A stretch of 64,000 bases of DNA from the human T2T-CHM13v2.0 reference genome, Homo sapiens. The translations under genes and the position numbers were made by a program. The notes under the pieces are model-generated. The model was not told the DNA's origin and did not search any database. It was given only the letters and a program-made list of their open reading frames with translations. Below, one piece after another: positions 1 through 12,607 of the stretch; within the stretch, counting starts at the first letter, position 1; every line of letters begins with the position of its first letter. Location: NCBI RefSeq assembly GCF_009914755.1, contig NC_060928.1; one strand, written 5' to 3'.

Positions 1-204
1 ACCAATGTCTGTGATTAACACAATTTTGTGTTCCTGAGGTTCATTAAAAATACATCAGAGTATATAATGAGTGGTAACAACTTTGATTTTATTTCTTCAA
101 ATACTCAGATTTGATGATTCTTCTTATAAAGACCAAGATTAAATACCAGTTTGTTGCCCAAAAATTATCTTTGAAATAAGCAGACACATTTTTGAAACTT
201 TAGG

Positions 205-960
205 TTCATTTGTTCATTTATTCATCCACTTATTTAATTTTATTCTAGGACTATTTAGTGAGCATCTACTGTGTACTAGCAACTATATTCAGTATGTCAA
301 GAAGTGTGTAAACTCTATCCCTAAGACATGAATTAAGGCTCAACCTTAGAATAGGAACAAATCACTAATTACTACTGTGATAAATGCTTCAAAGGTAGAC
401 ATAAAACGTATCTACTGTGGGGGAATTCTGAATGTTTCAAAAGTGGGAACTCAATAACTAAAATTAATCTGTTTTTTGGGGCAACTTCTCTGGTGAACAA
501 GCATCTGAATTGAGACCTGAAGGATGAACAAAATATATCTAGGTGAAAAGAAAATTACTACTCCAAGTAAATAAACAGAATTAGAAACCCTGAAATGTGA
601 GAATGACCTATTAAAGGAAGTAACACAGGCTGATATGGCTGGAGATAGGAAGAATAGCAAAAGATGAAACTGGTAAGGTAGGCAGAAGGGCATGTTTACA
701 AAAGCTTCAAAGGTTATAAAGTCTGAACCATATTCCAGGAGAAGTGTAATTCCATTGAGGTTTTACAGCAGAAATATGGCAATAATAGATTTCCACTTGT
801 TAAGGATCATACTTTCTGCTGGGTGGGGGAAGAAGTAAAGGAGGGGTAGGTCAGTTGTAAGGCTATTTCAGTGTTTCATGAAAAGGATCATCGATACTTT
901 GATCCAGGTTTTTGTGATAAAGATAGAAAAATGTAGGCTAATTTGAAAGATATAGAGGAG
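205..960 (-). mobile_element. L2 LINE 3' fragment (degraded)
   Basis: ttcatttgttcatttattcatcc...tatttagtgagcatctactgtgtactagc resembles the reverse-complemented L2 3' end, followed by purine-rich L2-like sequence. Confidence 0.65.
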
Positions 961-963
961 GAA

Positions 964-1325
964 TGTCGTATACACAGAATTTGTGTGTCTCTTCCCCCCC
1001 AAATTCATATGTTGAAATATAACCTTCAACACAGTGATAATAGGAGGTGTAGGGCGTTTGGGAGGTGACTAGGACATGAGCATAGAGACCTTGAATGGGA
1101 TTAGTGCCCTTATAAAAGAGACCCTGGAGAGCTCCCTTGCCCCTCCTTCAACTATATGAGGGCACAGTGAGAAGAACCAGAAAGCAGTTCCTTACTGAAC
1201 ACTGAAACTGCAGCTGCCTTAATCATGGACATCCCAGCCTTTAGAACTACTAGAAATACATTTGTATTGTTTATAAGCCCCCAGTGTATGGTATTCTATT
1301 ACAGGAGACTGAATGGATTAAAACA
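964..1325 (+). mobile_element. MLT1A-like MaLR solo LTR
   Basis: ccccaaattcatatgttgaaa, gggattagtgcccttataaaagagaccc, tgtttataagcc...gtatggtattc match MLT1A/A0; about 360 bp. Confidence 0.85.
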
Positions 1326-1459
1326 GAAATATATATAGAATTCGGTTTCTGATTAAGATTGTTCGTTACTTTTGTTCCACTCTTATTATATTAGTCTGGT
1401 GTAAATAAATACTGCTTATTTATCATGCTTTAAATTCACTGGGTTTTCTGAGTCTCAGC

Positions 1460-1860
1460 ATATTGGTCCAGGTAATGAATTCTAGCTTCTATAACAAATA
1501 ATCCACAAAGTCATTGTTTTAACATGCTAAAAGTTTTATGGCCTTGCTCATGTGAACTTCAATGCAGATGCTCCTGATTAGTGGCTTTCCTGGGCTTTTG
1601 TCCTGTAAGCAATGACCCAGTTTTCTTTAAGTTTGCCCTCGGGTCATTAACTTGTAATATTTTCTGAAGGATGGAGAGGTGAGAGAGAGACAGATGAAAA
1701 TGTGGGAGGCACATCCACTCTTAACTATATCAGTCAGAAAGTGACCATCTCTTTCATTTCCATTCTGTTGCAGAGAACCAGTCAAATTACTCATCTAAAT
1801 GCAAGGAGGGCTGGGAACAATAGTTTACCTATATGCCAAGAGCAACTGACTAGTCTCCCA
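1460..1860. mobile_element. Ancient ERVL/MaLR LTR fragment (MLT1K/LTR33-like)
   Basis: gcttctataacaaataatcc...cattctgttgcagagaaccagtca...tgcaaggagggctgggaa motifs typical of old MLT1/LTR33 LTRs. Confidence 0.45.
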
Positions 1861-2285
1861 TACTGAGGAATACAGTTTTTCCCCAATTCTAAGCATTTCA
1901 GAGTTATTAACTCTTCAAATACTGTCTCTGTCTCATTCTATTTTCTCCTTCTAGAACTCCATATATATAATAAATATAATTTAATATATATTGTTTTATA
2001 TATAATATGTATGTATATTTTGAAGTCTGTATTTCATACTGACACCTCTGCTTCTTTGTACTGAATATTAGGTAATTTTTTTTCAGATTTTTTCCCAGCA
2101 TATCAATTCTCTTCAGTTGTAATATTTAGTGCCTTTGTTCAGTTTTTTATTTCAATGACTATATTTTTTAGTTTGAAAATTTCTACTTTTAAAAACTTTG
2201 GATTGTTTCTGATAGTCTGATTTTTCTGTTGTATTTCAATTATACTTTTTTATTTATTTAAAGCTTATGCATACATTTTGTATCA

Positions 2286-2594
2286 GACAAGGCACAGTGG
2301 CTTACGTCTGTAATCCCAACATTTTGGGAGGCTGAGGTGGGAGGATTGCTTGAGCCCCAGAGTCAGAGACCAGTCTGGGTAACAGTGAGAACCCCACTCT
2401 GCAAAAAAATTTAAAAAAATAAAAATTAGGTATAGTGGTGCATACCTGTGGTCCCAGGTACTCAGGAGGCTGAAGTGGGAGGATCACTTGAGCCCAGGAG
2501 GTTGAGATTGCAGTGAGCCTTAATCTCGCCACTGCACTTCAGGCTGGGCAAGAGGGTGAAACCCTGTCTCAAAAACAAAACAGAACAACAAAAA
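2286..2594 (+). mobile_element. AluJ SINE
   Basis: Dimeric Alu with J diagnostics (ggaggattgcttgagccc, accctgtctc), heavy CpG decay, CAAAA-type tail. Confidence 0.93.
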
Positions 2595-4549
2595 CCTTGT
2601 GTCTAAGAATGTCATATCAGAAGTCTCTGGGAAGCCGAATTCTATTGCTTCTTTATTCTTTTACTCTTAGTGGCCTGTTTCCCTATGTTAGTTTTGGATT
2701 ATGGAATCTTATTCGAATGGTAGGGCTTTATCTTTAGAACTTCTGCAAAGCTTGGGATTCATTTCTTTAGAGAATATTTATGTTTGCTTCTTCCTGGCTC
2801 TCCAGGATTCTACTAAGTTGAGATGATTTTGAAATCATCGTTTTTAGCTTGTAGTTTGTCAGATCATATACATAGTACAAATAACAATTTCAGACACACT
2901 TAAGAAATAGCCTGATTTTTACAAATTCTCTGAGAAACTTTTGTTTTTACCTAAATCTGGGCTAAAATACATGCTTTCTTTATAATTGCTTTCAGGCAGA
3001 CCTTTTTTAATGGCCCACGCTTTCACTAAACTCTCATGAGTTTTGAAAAGCTTGTCTTCTAATTCTAAACTCACCTTTAGTGGGCCTAATGTTATAAAAC
3101 ACAGGTCTCTTGAGTTGTGGAAGTTTCATGCATGTTGTCAAGATGTAGGTATGGCTCCATCACATTGTCCCCTTGTTTCCTTATTTCCAGCATTCTTTAT
3201 AATTTTGTCTTTTTAGAATCATAAAATCATAAACCACTGTTTACTTGCACACTCAGCTATATGTTTTCCAATATAATTACTATCATTCAATATTCCTAGA
3301 TGTTTTATAGCAGAAAAGCTTTTCTGGTATGTAGTTAACCATGCTTTCAGATAGGTAAGTTCTTTGTAATCAATTAGATATGCAGTTTTCTAATATTTAT
3401 ATTCCCACAGGTTCACTTATGTTGCTGGCTGCTAAATGTATGGGTTATTTTTCTTCTAAACCATTGACTAGTGTTTTCAGTTTTATGTCCATTACAGCCA
3501 TTTTAAACATGTTATGCTTAAAATAGTATACCTCATCTTTCTTTCTTCCCACTTGGGGTTCTCCCACATCTGTTTTCTGCCTAACTCCCAAGTCTTATTC
3601 TCATACCTGGGTCCACTGGTGCAAGCTCAGTTCTTCCATGGTCTTGGAGGATATCTGGACTGAGTCACTAGATGTTGCCAGAAATCTATGGCTCATAAAT
3701 CCAGTGGATATCACAATTAAGCCTTATATCCAGTCTTAAGATCAGTAGGTCATTGCTAATGAAAAGACATTAAGGATACTTCTACTTTGTGAGCTAGTTC
3801 AAGGTGTTGAGTTATATTTTCTTAGCAGGCTTTGGTAATATTAGAGAGTTAAGGGGCCTTCTTTATCTCAATGAGTGTTGGACTAATAGAAGGAGTGATA
3901 ACAGTGTGGGGAGTTACAGCAATGTCACCTTCCAGTAGCAATGTCAAGGTCAAGTCACAAGGCAGAAAAGCAGCAGATTCAGGGTAGCAGGTAGGCGTGA
4001 GGTTGACACTGTGAGCTTTATCAGAACCTGAATATCTGCCAAGGAAATCACATGAGATACTTGGGACTCTGCCTGAAGAAGAAAGAGAGTTAGAATTCTT
4101 GAATATTTAGAAATTTTGTTGAATGAATACTCAGAATCATAGACCCTATTTATGGCTATCACAGATGTTCTCTTTTAGGCTAGAATAGTAAGAGTTATCC
4201 ATATATTACTAAAGTACATGTAAAAAGGAAAATTTTAATACAAACAAATATTACAAATAAGTACTTGAAGTGGAGAATACTCTCATATTTATACTGCCAC
4301 TGTTTCACTTACATTGCCTATTTGTAATAAATATTACTAGGAAGAATAATACAAAAAGTGCCTTAATATACGGGGTTGGAGATGCAGTCAATTGGTTTCT
4401 GAGAATAGAGGAAATTGATGAATTTTATCCATTTCATTGCATAATATGAAGAACCAAATTACCTGCATTTGAGAGAATTTGGTTTGGGATTCCTCATACT
4501 GAGACAATTTGAAATGGCTATTCAATGTAAAATTTCCCTAAAGCAACAG

Positions 4550-5050
4550 TATTAGGATAGTCATGATTATCTGGTAGTAGAAAAAAAAATCCAGCATCTT
4601 AGTGGCTTAACTTAATAGTTTATTTCTCATTCAGGCAAAGTCCCTTGAAGTCTGGCCAATTCACCTTTTATTTTCCCAAAGGATGTTACATACTATTATC
4701 ATTTTAGACACACAGGTGAGAAGTACATTTGTTTTCACAAATCAGGGCTTAATTCTCTCATGAAGGGCAACTGCCTTCCACTTACTAAGGCAGTCATCTG
4801 GGCTGAGGAAGGTTCTACCATCCTCCACCTATATCATCTGGAATATCTACTCTGCTTAGTCAACATGACAGAAGAAGAGACAGCTAGGGAGTTATTGACC
4901 ATCTCTTTGATACTTCTGCCCAGCAATGTCCTGTCATATATGACCACAGCCACTGACCAGACCTAGTCTCATGACTTCACCCAATTGCATAGTGGTGGAG
5001 AATTAGAATGAGACAAGAACCAGACATTGGTGAACACTATAATGTCTATC
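4550..5050. mobile_element. Ancient ERVL/MaLR LTR fragment (LTR33/MLT1-like)
   Basis: atcttagtggcttaa...gtttatttctc and ctagtctcatgac...cattggtgaacacta motifs. Confidence 0.4.
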
Positions 5051-5322
5051 AAAACAAATTATGGTGATAGTTAAGAAATAATAAAATCTGGTTTTGATTT
5101 GTAATTTGTAGAGAAAAATATCTAATACTATATGCTTTACAGAAGAATTATGAGGAGAACATTCTTTGAAGAAGTGGTGACTTTTCTATCAACAGACAGA
5201 AGGTGGTCTTAGGATTTTGATTATATATGGAGATAGGTAATATCACTGCAAAGTTAAAAATACTTTGTGAAACCAAATTTTTAGAATTTGTTTATAAGAA
5301 TATCAGTTTAAAAATATATCCT

Positions 5323-5490
5323 TGAGGAGTTACTAATCAACAGGCATACAGCTTCAGTTAAACAAGATGAATTAAATTCTAGATATGTTGTACAACACTG
5401 TACCTCTACTCAACAATTGAACTATACTTAAAAATTTGTCAAAAAGGGAGATCTCATTTTAAATGTTCTTACCACAAAGGTAAACCTAAA
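5323..5490 (+). mobile_element. L1MA/L1MB 3' terminal fragment
   Basis: gagttactaatcaacaggcata...gatctcattttaaatgttcttaccaca is an L1MA-type extreme 3' end. Confidence 0.75.
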
Positions 5491-5703
5491 AACATAAAAG
5501 AATGGCAGGATATAGACCAAAATATTGGCAACAGCTTTTCTTTAAAGAGCTGAATTTATTATATTATGATTTTTGTTCTCTATTTCCTAATTTTTGACAA
5601 GGTACATGAATTAATAAACTTATGATGCATTCCTCCATGCAACTGTACAATGTATATGCATATCTATAATGTATACATATTACTTTCATGGCATAAAATA
5701 TAT

Positions 5704-5753
5704 CCAGTTGACCCTTGAACAATGGGACGATTAAGGGCGCTGACCCCTGCACA
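5704..5753. mobile_element. Tigger2-family DNA transposon terminal fragment
   Basis: cagttgacccttgaacaa...ttaagggcgctgacccctgcacag matches the Tigger2-type terminal inverted repeat and adjacent sequence. Confidence 0.65.
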
Positions 5754-5799
5754 GAGATCAGAAAGAAGAACTGAAATCAGAAAGTCAGCTGTATTAGTG

Positions 5800-6278
5800 T
5801 TCTTATGTTAACTGCAGCACTATTCACAAAAGCTGAGATGTGGAAACAACCTAAATGTTCATTGACAGATGAATGAATATAGAAAACATGGTATATGCAC
5901 ACAGTGGAACACTACTTAGTCATAAAAAAAGAAAATTCTGTCATACGCGACAACATGGATGAAACTTGATGACATTATGCTACATAAAGAAAGCCAGTCA
6001 CAGAAAGACAAATATTGTATGATTCCACTTATATGAGGTATCTAAAATAGCCACATTTATAGAATCATAGAGTGGAATGGTGGTTACCAGGGACTAGAAG
6101 CAGAGGGACATAGGGAGTTACTAACCAACAGGCATAAAGTTGCAGTCAAGCAAGGTGAATACCCTCGAGGGATCAGCTGTACATTTTACCAATAGTCAAC
6201 AATAATGCATTGTACACTTAAAAATGTGTGGAAGGAGTAGATCTAATAAGTGCTCTGACTACAATAAAATGATAATAA
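5800..6278 (+). mobile_element. L1MA9/L1MB-like 3' end
   Basis: gcagcactattcaca...tggaaacaacctaaatg...aagccagtcacagaaagacaaata...gattccacttatatgaggtatct; ends in an A-rich tail. Confidence 0.85.
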
Positions 6279-6705
6279 ACACATATCTAAAAATAATGTC
6301 AAATTCTGATAACTGCTATGTAGTGTTAAGTTTTCTATAAAATATTACTTTTTGGATGGAATGGGAATGAAAAATTCTATATAAGACGTGTTAATTTTGA
6401 GACACCTGTGAGGCCTCCAAGTGAAGATATGACATTCCAGAGAAAAGGAAGCATGAAAAAGCTGTCAAAATGCAGGCAAGCACCTTTAAAATTTGTCATA
6501 CCTAATACATGATTTTCTTTGATCTATATAAATACGAAAATCACAAATATTTCAATGAGATAGAAATTAAAGGCAGGCAATGAGTTTGTCTTACGGAGAG
6601 ATTTATTGCCAAATCTACATTAAGATCCTGCTTTCCAACAATATTTCCATAAAATGCATCTCCCTTTACCTGATTTTCTATGCCTACCCTATCTACCAGC
6701 TCAGT

Positions 6706-6845
6706 CACACAATGATTCTTGAACTTCAAAGTGCATCAGAATCATCTGGGGAGCTAGTTAACAATCCCAGACTCAGGGTCTGCTCCAGAAATACTTTGGG
6801 GCAGAGGGAAGATATTTGCACTTTTAAGAGTTTCCTGAAGATTCC
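6706..6845. mobile_element. MER5A-like hAT-Charlie MITE fragment
   Basis: gtgcatcagaatcatctggggagctagttaa...atttgcacttttaa. Confidence 0.6.
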
Positions 6846-7070
6846 AATTAATTCATTTGTCAAATTATTCATTCAAATATTTATTGAGCATTTAGTATGT
6901 GCCAGACACTAGAATACAACTCCCTGCTAATAATAATAAACCAAATAAAACTCCTTGCTTTCATAGAGCTTACCATTGGGGTGGGAGTAAAAGAGAAAGT
7001 AACAGACAATTAAAAATATATAAACACAAATGTAACATAGTACATTTGAAAGTGATAAGTACTATAGTGC
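6846..7070 (-). mobile_element. L2 3' fragment
   Basis: attcattcaaatatttattgagcatttagtatgtgccagacact is the L2 tail in reverse. Confidence 0.75.
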
Positions 7071-7925
7071 TGGTAGGGACAAGGGGCAGAGAAATTCCAG
7101 TAAGAAAAGGGTGTGTCCCTGACAAAACCCCACCTTCAAGCCAAAAAGCACGAAACCCACAGCCCAAAGTGAGAACTTCTATCCCTGTGTCCCCAGTGAA
7201 ATGTTGCCTTTTCCTAAACCACCCATGACCTTGCCCCACCTCATTCTGTGCCTATAAAGACCCCAGACTCAGCTGGCCTAGGGGAGAAGCAGCTGGACAC
7301 TGGGGACTACGGCTGGATGTAGGAGAGAAGTGGCTTGATGTCAGAGGGGCAGCTTGACGGTATAACTTTGAGGAATCTGGCCAGAGACAGCTGGATGTCA
7401 GGGGAAGATTACCTAGTTCCCCCATCACCTTTTCAGCTCCCCTTCCCATCGAGAACCACTTTCATCAGCAATAAAATCCCCTGCATTTACTGTCTTTCAA
7501 TTTGTTTGTGCAACCTCATTTTTCCTGGATGCTGGACAAGAGCTCGGGAGCCACAAGTGTGGATACAAAAGGCTGTCACACCGGCCCTTTGCTCTCGCTG
7601 GTGGAGGGCAGCTGCCTTATGTGAAGAGGGAAAGGGCCCACTGAGCTGTTAATATTTAAGCCATCCATCCATGGCAGAACTAACAGAATACTGTAACATG
7701 CGCTCTGGGACTTCGGGGGTTGCAGGAACCCCCACCTGGTTGCTGCCAGGGAGTTCGCTCCTCCTGGGGCTGAAGCAGCCCACCGGTTCCAATGCTCATC
7801 CAGTTCCCACCTTGTTTGTTTGCTTGCACACTCCTTCCCATGAGGAGTTGAGAGCATGAGGCTGAGTAAATGAGGCAACCCTGCTGTGAGTCCTGCAAAA
7901 GGGTTCAGGGAAACAGCCTCCTTCA
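7071..7925 (+). mobile_element. ERV1 solo LTR, LTR27/LTR1/LTR28 group
   Basis: TG...CA ends; tggtagggacaaggggcagagaaattc...aaaccccaccttcaagcc start; TATAAA about 7253, AATAAA about 7470; flanks GTGC/GGGC (imperfect 4-bp TSD). Confidence 0.8.
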
Positions 7926-9430
7926 GGGCAAATGAAAGCTTGAACTTTGTTGCCTTGTATTCAAGTCTGCCCACATTAAGCACTATTTTACCATCAGTGG
8001 GTTGGTCCTGAGCAAGAATATTATATTCTCATGTAGCAAGTATAAAATTTCCTGTCACAATATTCTATAAATGCCAGTGCCAAGGTTTACTTCTCTTTAT
8101 TTCCCCTTTTAATGAAAATAAACCTTGTTCTTGAGGCCCTATTTCTCCTAATGACTAAACTTAAGTCTTGTCAACTTTGTGAATTTGAGTGCTTCCATCT
8201 AAGTGAAGCCTGTATTTCAAGATTCTCCTGTTCTGTCTTCTGCCCTAAGCTCTGTCCACAGATCTGGCCTCTTATACTGGCAAAACAGGGATGGTTTTGG
8301 TGGTGGTTGCCTCTTGACTGGGTCTGCTGCTGGTGAAGTTGACCATCTGTTCTCCTTGCAGTAGTAAAGATCAGTGAGGAGCTCACTGTCTGCCCCTGCT
8401 GGCTGGGCTCCAGCTCTGACTGATACCGTTGGTTCTCCATGATACAGTCACATTGTTCATTTCATTGTTAATCTGGCACGAGGCTTGAGTAGTTCATCCA
8501 AAACCACATGATAGCAACCCCATAGGTGATCCACCGGCTTTCAATTTTAATTGTCATTGCTCCCTCCCTGGACATGCAGGAACTTTTAGAATATCCTCAT
8601 CTCCCTACAGAGGCCATGGGAGACTCAGTGCCAGACTGCATCTCAGACATCCCTGCTGCCAATACAAGCCTTTCTGTTACTTCTACTCCACTGCAGCTGC
8701 CTATAGTTGGTGTGGGACATTGTGAGAAATCGTCTCCTTCCTGTCCCAGACAGAAGGGGTTCACGTCCCACTCATCTTCCCATCTGCCATTAAAATGCTT
8801 CTGACATTTCTTCTACTCAGGGAGAGTTTTGGCTGCTGAAGATAATAAGGATCCAGGCCCCTACCTTAGCATGAACACTTTGACTCACCGCAATCTATCC
8901 TTTCAGACCTCTTTTCTGCAGGCAAAGGAGTACAATTATTTCCTCCTTGAGCCCAGAAAAATGTCTTGAGTCCTCATTCCTTTATCTTTAGCCTATTTCT
9001 GGCAGAATAAATATGTTGCATCAAAAATTTGGAGCAAACCCAAAACGTGAATAGTCATCAGGGCTAAGTTGAGGTTTGTGCCCTGTAAGGGGTTGGTTAG
9101 TGCTAGAAACTAAGAGGCTTTTTGTTTCATGGACTTGGATGGGCAGGAGTAGAGGCCTGTGGTCATGGCCATTTTAATTCACAAAGTTAAAACTGAGAGC
9201 TCCTTTCCCATCCAGTTAAAAATGAGATCCTTAAAGGGTAATCTATTGTTTAAGAAAATCACCTACTAGCAAAAGGAAATAACACAAAAACATGGGTTAA
9301 CCTTGATTCCAGATGGGAAAATGTATCCCTGAACATTTTGATCTATGGGCTTGCCATTAAACAAGTCTGGCTTTATACTACTCAGGAGGTAGAAGATTCT
9401 CAAAACTCACAGTACTCTTTCCAGTATATC

Positions 9431-10030
9431 TGTACACTAAAAATAAAATTCTAAGGCTCCCCAACCATCTGAATGGACTTCCTCCTCAGCCAGGGCTCTT
9501 TTAAAATGTAACCTGAAAGACTGGTTCAGGCCATGAAGGGAAGGTGGGGGTCGGACTTGCCTCATTATACCTCTCCAGCATTAACACCACCACTAAGTCT
9601 GATTAGAAACATTTTACAACCTATTCTCTCTGAAGCCTACTACCTGGAGGCTTCATGTGCATAATAAAACTTTGGTCTCCACAACCTCTTAACTCAGACA
9701 TTCCTTTTTTTGATCCAAGGTCTTTAGAAAAACTCAACGAAATGTCAGCCAGAAAATATTTAAATTTACCTGTAGCCTAGGAGCCCCTCAAACTTCCCTG
9801 CCCTCTTCAAATAGTCCTGGCTTTCTGGACTGAATTAACGTATTTCTTAAATGTATTTGATTAATGTCTCATGCCTCCCTAAAGTGTGTAAAATCAAGCT
9901 GCACCCCAACCACCTTGGACATATGTTCTCAGGACCTCCTGAGGGCTGTGTAATGGGCCATGGCCACTTATATTTGGCTCAGAATAAGTTTCTTCAAATA
10001 TTTTACAGAGTTTGACTCTTTCCGTCAACA
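9431..10030 (+). mobile_element. MER4B-like (MER4 family, ERV1) solo LTR
   Basis: tgtacactaaaaataaaattctaagg...ttggctcagaataagtttcttcaaatattttacagagtttgactc...caaca; perfect 4-bp TSD TATC. Confidence 0.9.
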
Positions 10031-10039
10031 TATCAATTT

Positions 10040-10250
10040 CCAATCCCAGAATTTCAGGTCTTCCTTCTTTATTCCTTTAGTAGCATTTATCTCTATTGTA
10101 CTATATATCTTGTTTATTTTCTCTGCCTCCGCAACATAGAATATAAGTAATGTGAAGGCAGGTGTTTTATCTGGTGTGTTCACTACTGTAGCCTCCAGTG
10201 ATTAGAACAGTGCCTTGGTATTCAGTTAAGTATTCTTTTAGGAGTGAATG
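10040..10250 (+). mobile_element. L2 3' fragment
   Basis: tagaatataag...tgaaggcagg...tgttcactactgtagcctccagtgattagaacagtgcc...gagtgaatg. Confidence 0.65.
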
Positions 10251-10609
10251 TTGCATTAAATATAAAGAGTGGTTTCAGGATAGGTAGTAATATCTCTGTA
10301 ATCACAAAACAACTCTAGTAAGAGACCCTCCACTCAGGCCATATAGGATTTCTGCAAATCTTTCTGAAGATGAATTCCTAATCCAAAATTATAAAATTTA
10401 CTAAGAATTCACTAGGAATGAGAGTCAGCATATACTACAAAAAACCAAGATTAGATACTCAAGAACTTCAATTAAATTGTTAGATATGAAATTAAGTTGC
10501 TTAAAATGGAGACCTTAAAAATAATTCAAAACATAATAAAGAATAAAAACGTTTTAAAAATGATTTAGTATATTTGAAAAAAAAAAACCAACAACAAACT
10601 AAACCTTTA

Positions 10610-11098
10610 TGTTAGGAATAATGCTCAAAATCCTAAGTAAATTGAACACTCGAACAAAAGATTGTTAGCAAAGCAATTTTACTTCTGCGCAGAGGGGTGC
10701 CTCCTTGGCCAGTCGCCATGAGAGCACACCTGAACAAAGGGGCACGAGAGCCTTTATTCCTGATGCGAGTCCTGCCCCTGTACCCTTTCCCCATTGGCTG
10801 GAGTTGGGTTGTACAGTCTAAACTAATCCCAGTTGGCTAAACATTTGATTTTTTTTTTAGATAGGGTGGGCACGTAGAAGAAAGTGAAGAGGAAGGGGAA
10901 GGGGTGTCTGTAATGAGCTAGAAAGTTAGTCCTCTTTCCAAATAAGGAAAGGAATGTGAGCTGGTACTGATAACGCTTGGTACTGTGGTGTGCCTGGGCA
11001 TCTAACAAAGGAAAAAAAGGAGGAAAGGGGGGGCGCTATGAATTAAAGAATAAAGGGTTGATCAGATTATTTGAAGAGAAACCTCATCATATCCCACA
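10610..11098 (-). mobile_element. LTR10C-like (HERV-I group, ERV1) solo LTR
   Basis: Reverse strand starts TGTGGGATATGATGAGGTTTCTCTTCAAATAATCTGATC and ends CA; perfect 5-bp TSD CTTTA at 10605-10609 and 11099-11103. Confidence 0.85.
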
Positions 11099-12239
11099 CT
11101 TTAGAAATGAATCATGGAATAATTTAAAAACACAATAGCCAGATTAAACAAAAAAATTAAATAGAGCCAAAAAGAAAATTAATATTGCACCTTAATATTT
11201 TAAATAAAACATAATTCCAGTATCTTATCTCCAAAAGATAGGATTAAGAATTTTTAACCATTTACTTCTGTATGCATTTTTCCATTTTAAAAGTTTTTCA
11301 TAAAAAACATATTGATTCTAAAATTAGAAAAAAAAATAGGAATGTTCATGTTTGTTGACCTTTACAGTAATTACATTGAAACTCTCAAAGGAACAAAAAT
11401 ACTAAGTTAAAAGTTAGTCAGCCAAAACACAATGCTTGCTCTTTGCTTGATGCTTTCCATAATTGCATCATTTTATTCTGAAAAAAATTGAGAAAACAAT
11501 CTAAGCACTTTGAGATTTAAATATGAGAACGTCACTCCCTTTTTCCTATAACCTCCCCTCAGGGAAAGTATTCTTATTTTAAAAGTCTATAGGTGACAAT
11601 TTAACTACAAAATGGGAAAGAATGATTATTGGAGGATAATTTCTAAATACTATCTTAATAAATCACCCAGGGCAGAGGTGTTGATACGTGGAATGTCGCC
11701 TGGGGTGTTTCGTAAATTAGGCTAGCCTTCCTTTGTGAAGGGAAGGTAGAAAATTCTGGAACTGTGGGTAACACAGAGCTATTACATTTTTACCTTTGAG
11801 GAGAGATCCCCTAACGCTATTGGACAGAGTCTAAATTTAATGTTTATGTTGCAAGTCTGTTTAGACCTTACTCAAAGCAGAGAAAAAGAAAGTAAATCAA
11901 TGTTTTGTTTTTGTGGTTTATCAATAAGCATAGATTATATGCCAATATAAATGTAGAAACTGTTATGTTTATTATTTTCCTTCAGAGCCAATGAATAAGG
12001 TATAATAGGGAAGACAAATTAAGATTTATGTTAAATCAAATTATTTAAAGTTTTTTTTTTTTTAAAAAAAAAAACAGTTTTATTCTTTATTCTAGCTTGT
12101 AAACTGAGAGTTCTAGAAAGGTTTACACTTATAAGCAGTTGCCTGAGACGAAAATTTGCCAGTAAGTAGTTATAGCTCAAATTTGTATTTTGGTAAGCCC
12201 TCTCCTAAAATGAAACTAGTTACTGATCACCTCATTTAG

Positions 12240-12607
12240 CAGTTCTTGGAATATAGTCTTGGGATTCCTGTAGGTCCCTAAAAACCTTTGAAGAGGACAA
12301 TGAGATAAAAACTATTTTCATGATAATATTTAGAATTATACTAAGAATTATTTACCTTTTTTGCTCTTTTTTTCTCATGAATGAATTGTGCAGTTTTCCA
12401 GAAGTTACATGAAGTGTGATAATGTCATTACTTTGATGGTTAATAGGATGCACACTTATATATTCTTATATTTTAAAATTTCTCCGTTTTAATTTTGATA
12501 CAGTAAATATTGATAGATATAATCCAAGTAAACATAAGCCTTTTGAGTTCCTTGTTATTTTTTAAGAATTTTTAAAGGAATTCCAACATCAAAATGTTTG
12601 AGAACTG
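12240..12607. mobile_element. hAT-Charlie non-autonomous DNA transposon
   Basis: cagttctt...aaaactattttcat...cagtaaatattgatagatataatcc...gtttgagaactg; ends are inverted (cagttct/agaactg). Confidence 0.65.

Noticed and set aside
2822-2839. GATGATTT-tg-AAATCATC hairpin
   Set aside because: 8-bp arms are expected by chance in 64 kb of AT-rich DNA
3355-3410. Intron between tag|gtaagt and cccacag|
   Set aside because: Only about 56 nt, below the usual human minimum, and there is no supporting reading frame
10985-11006. p53 response element in the LTR10 copy
   Set aside because: GGTGTGCCTGGGCATCTA lacks the CWWG core in both half-sites, so it is at most a degenerate remnant
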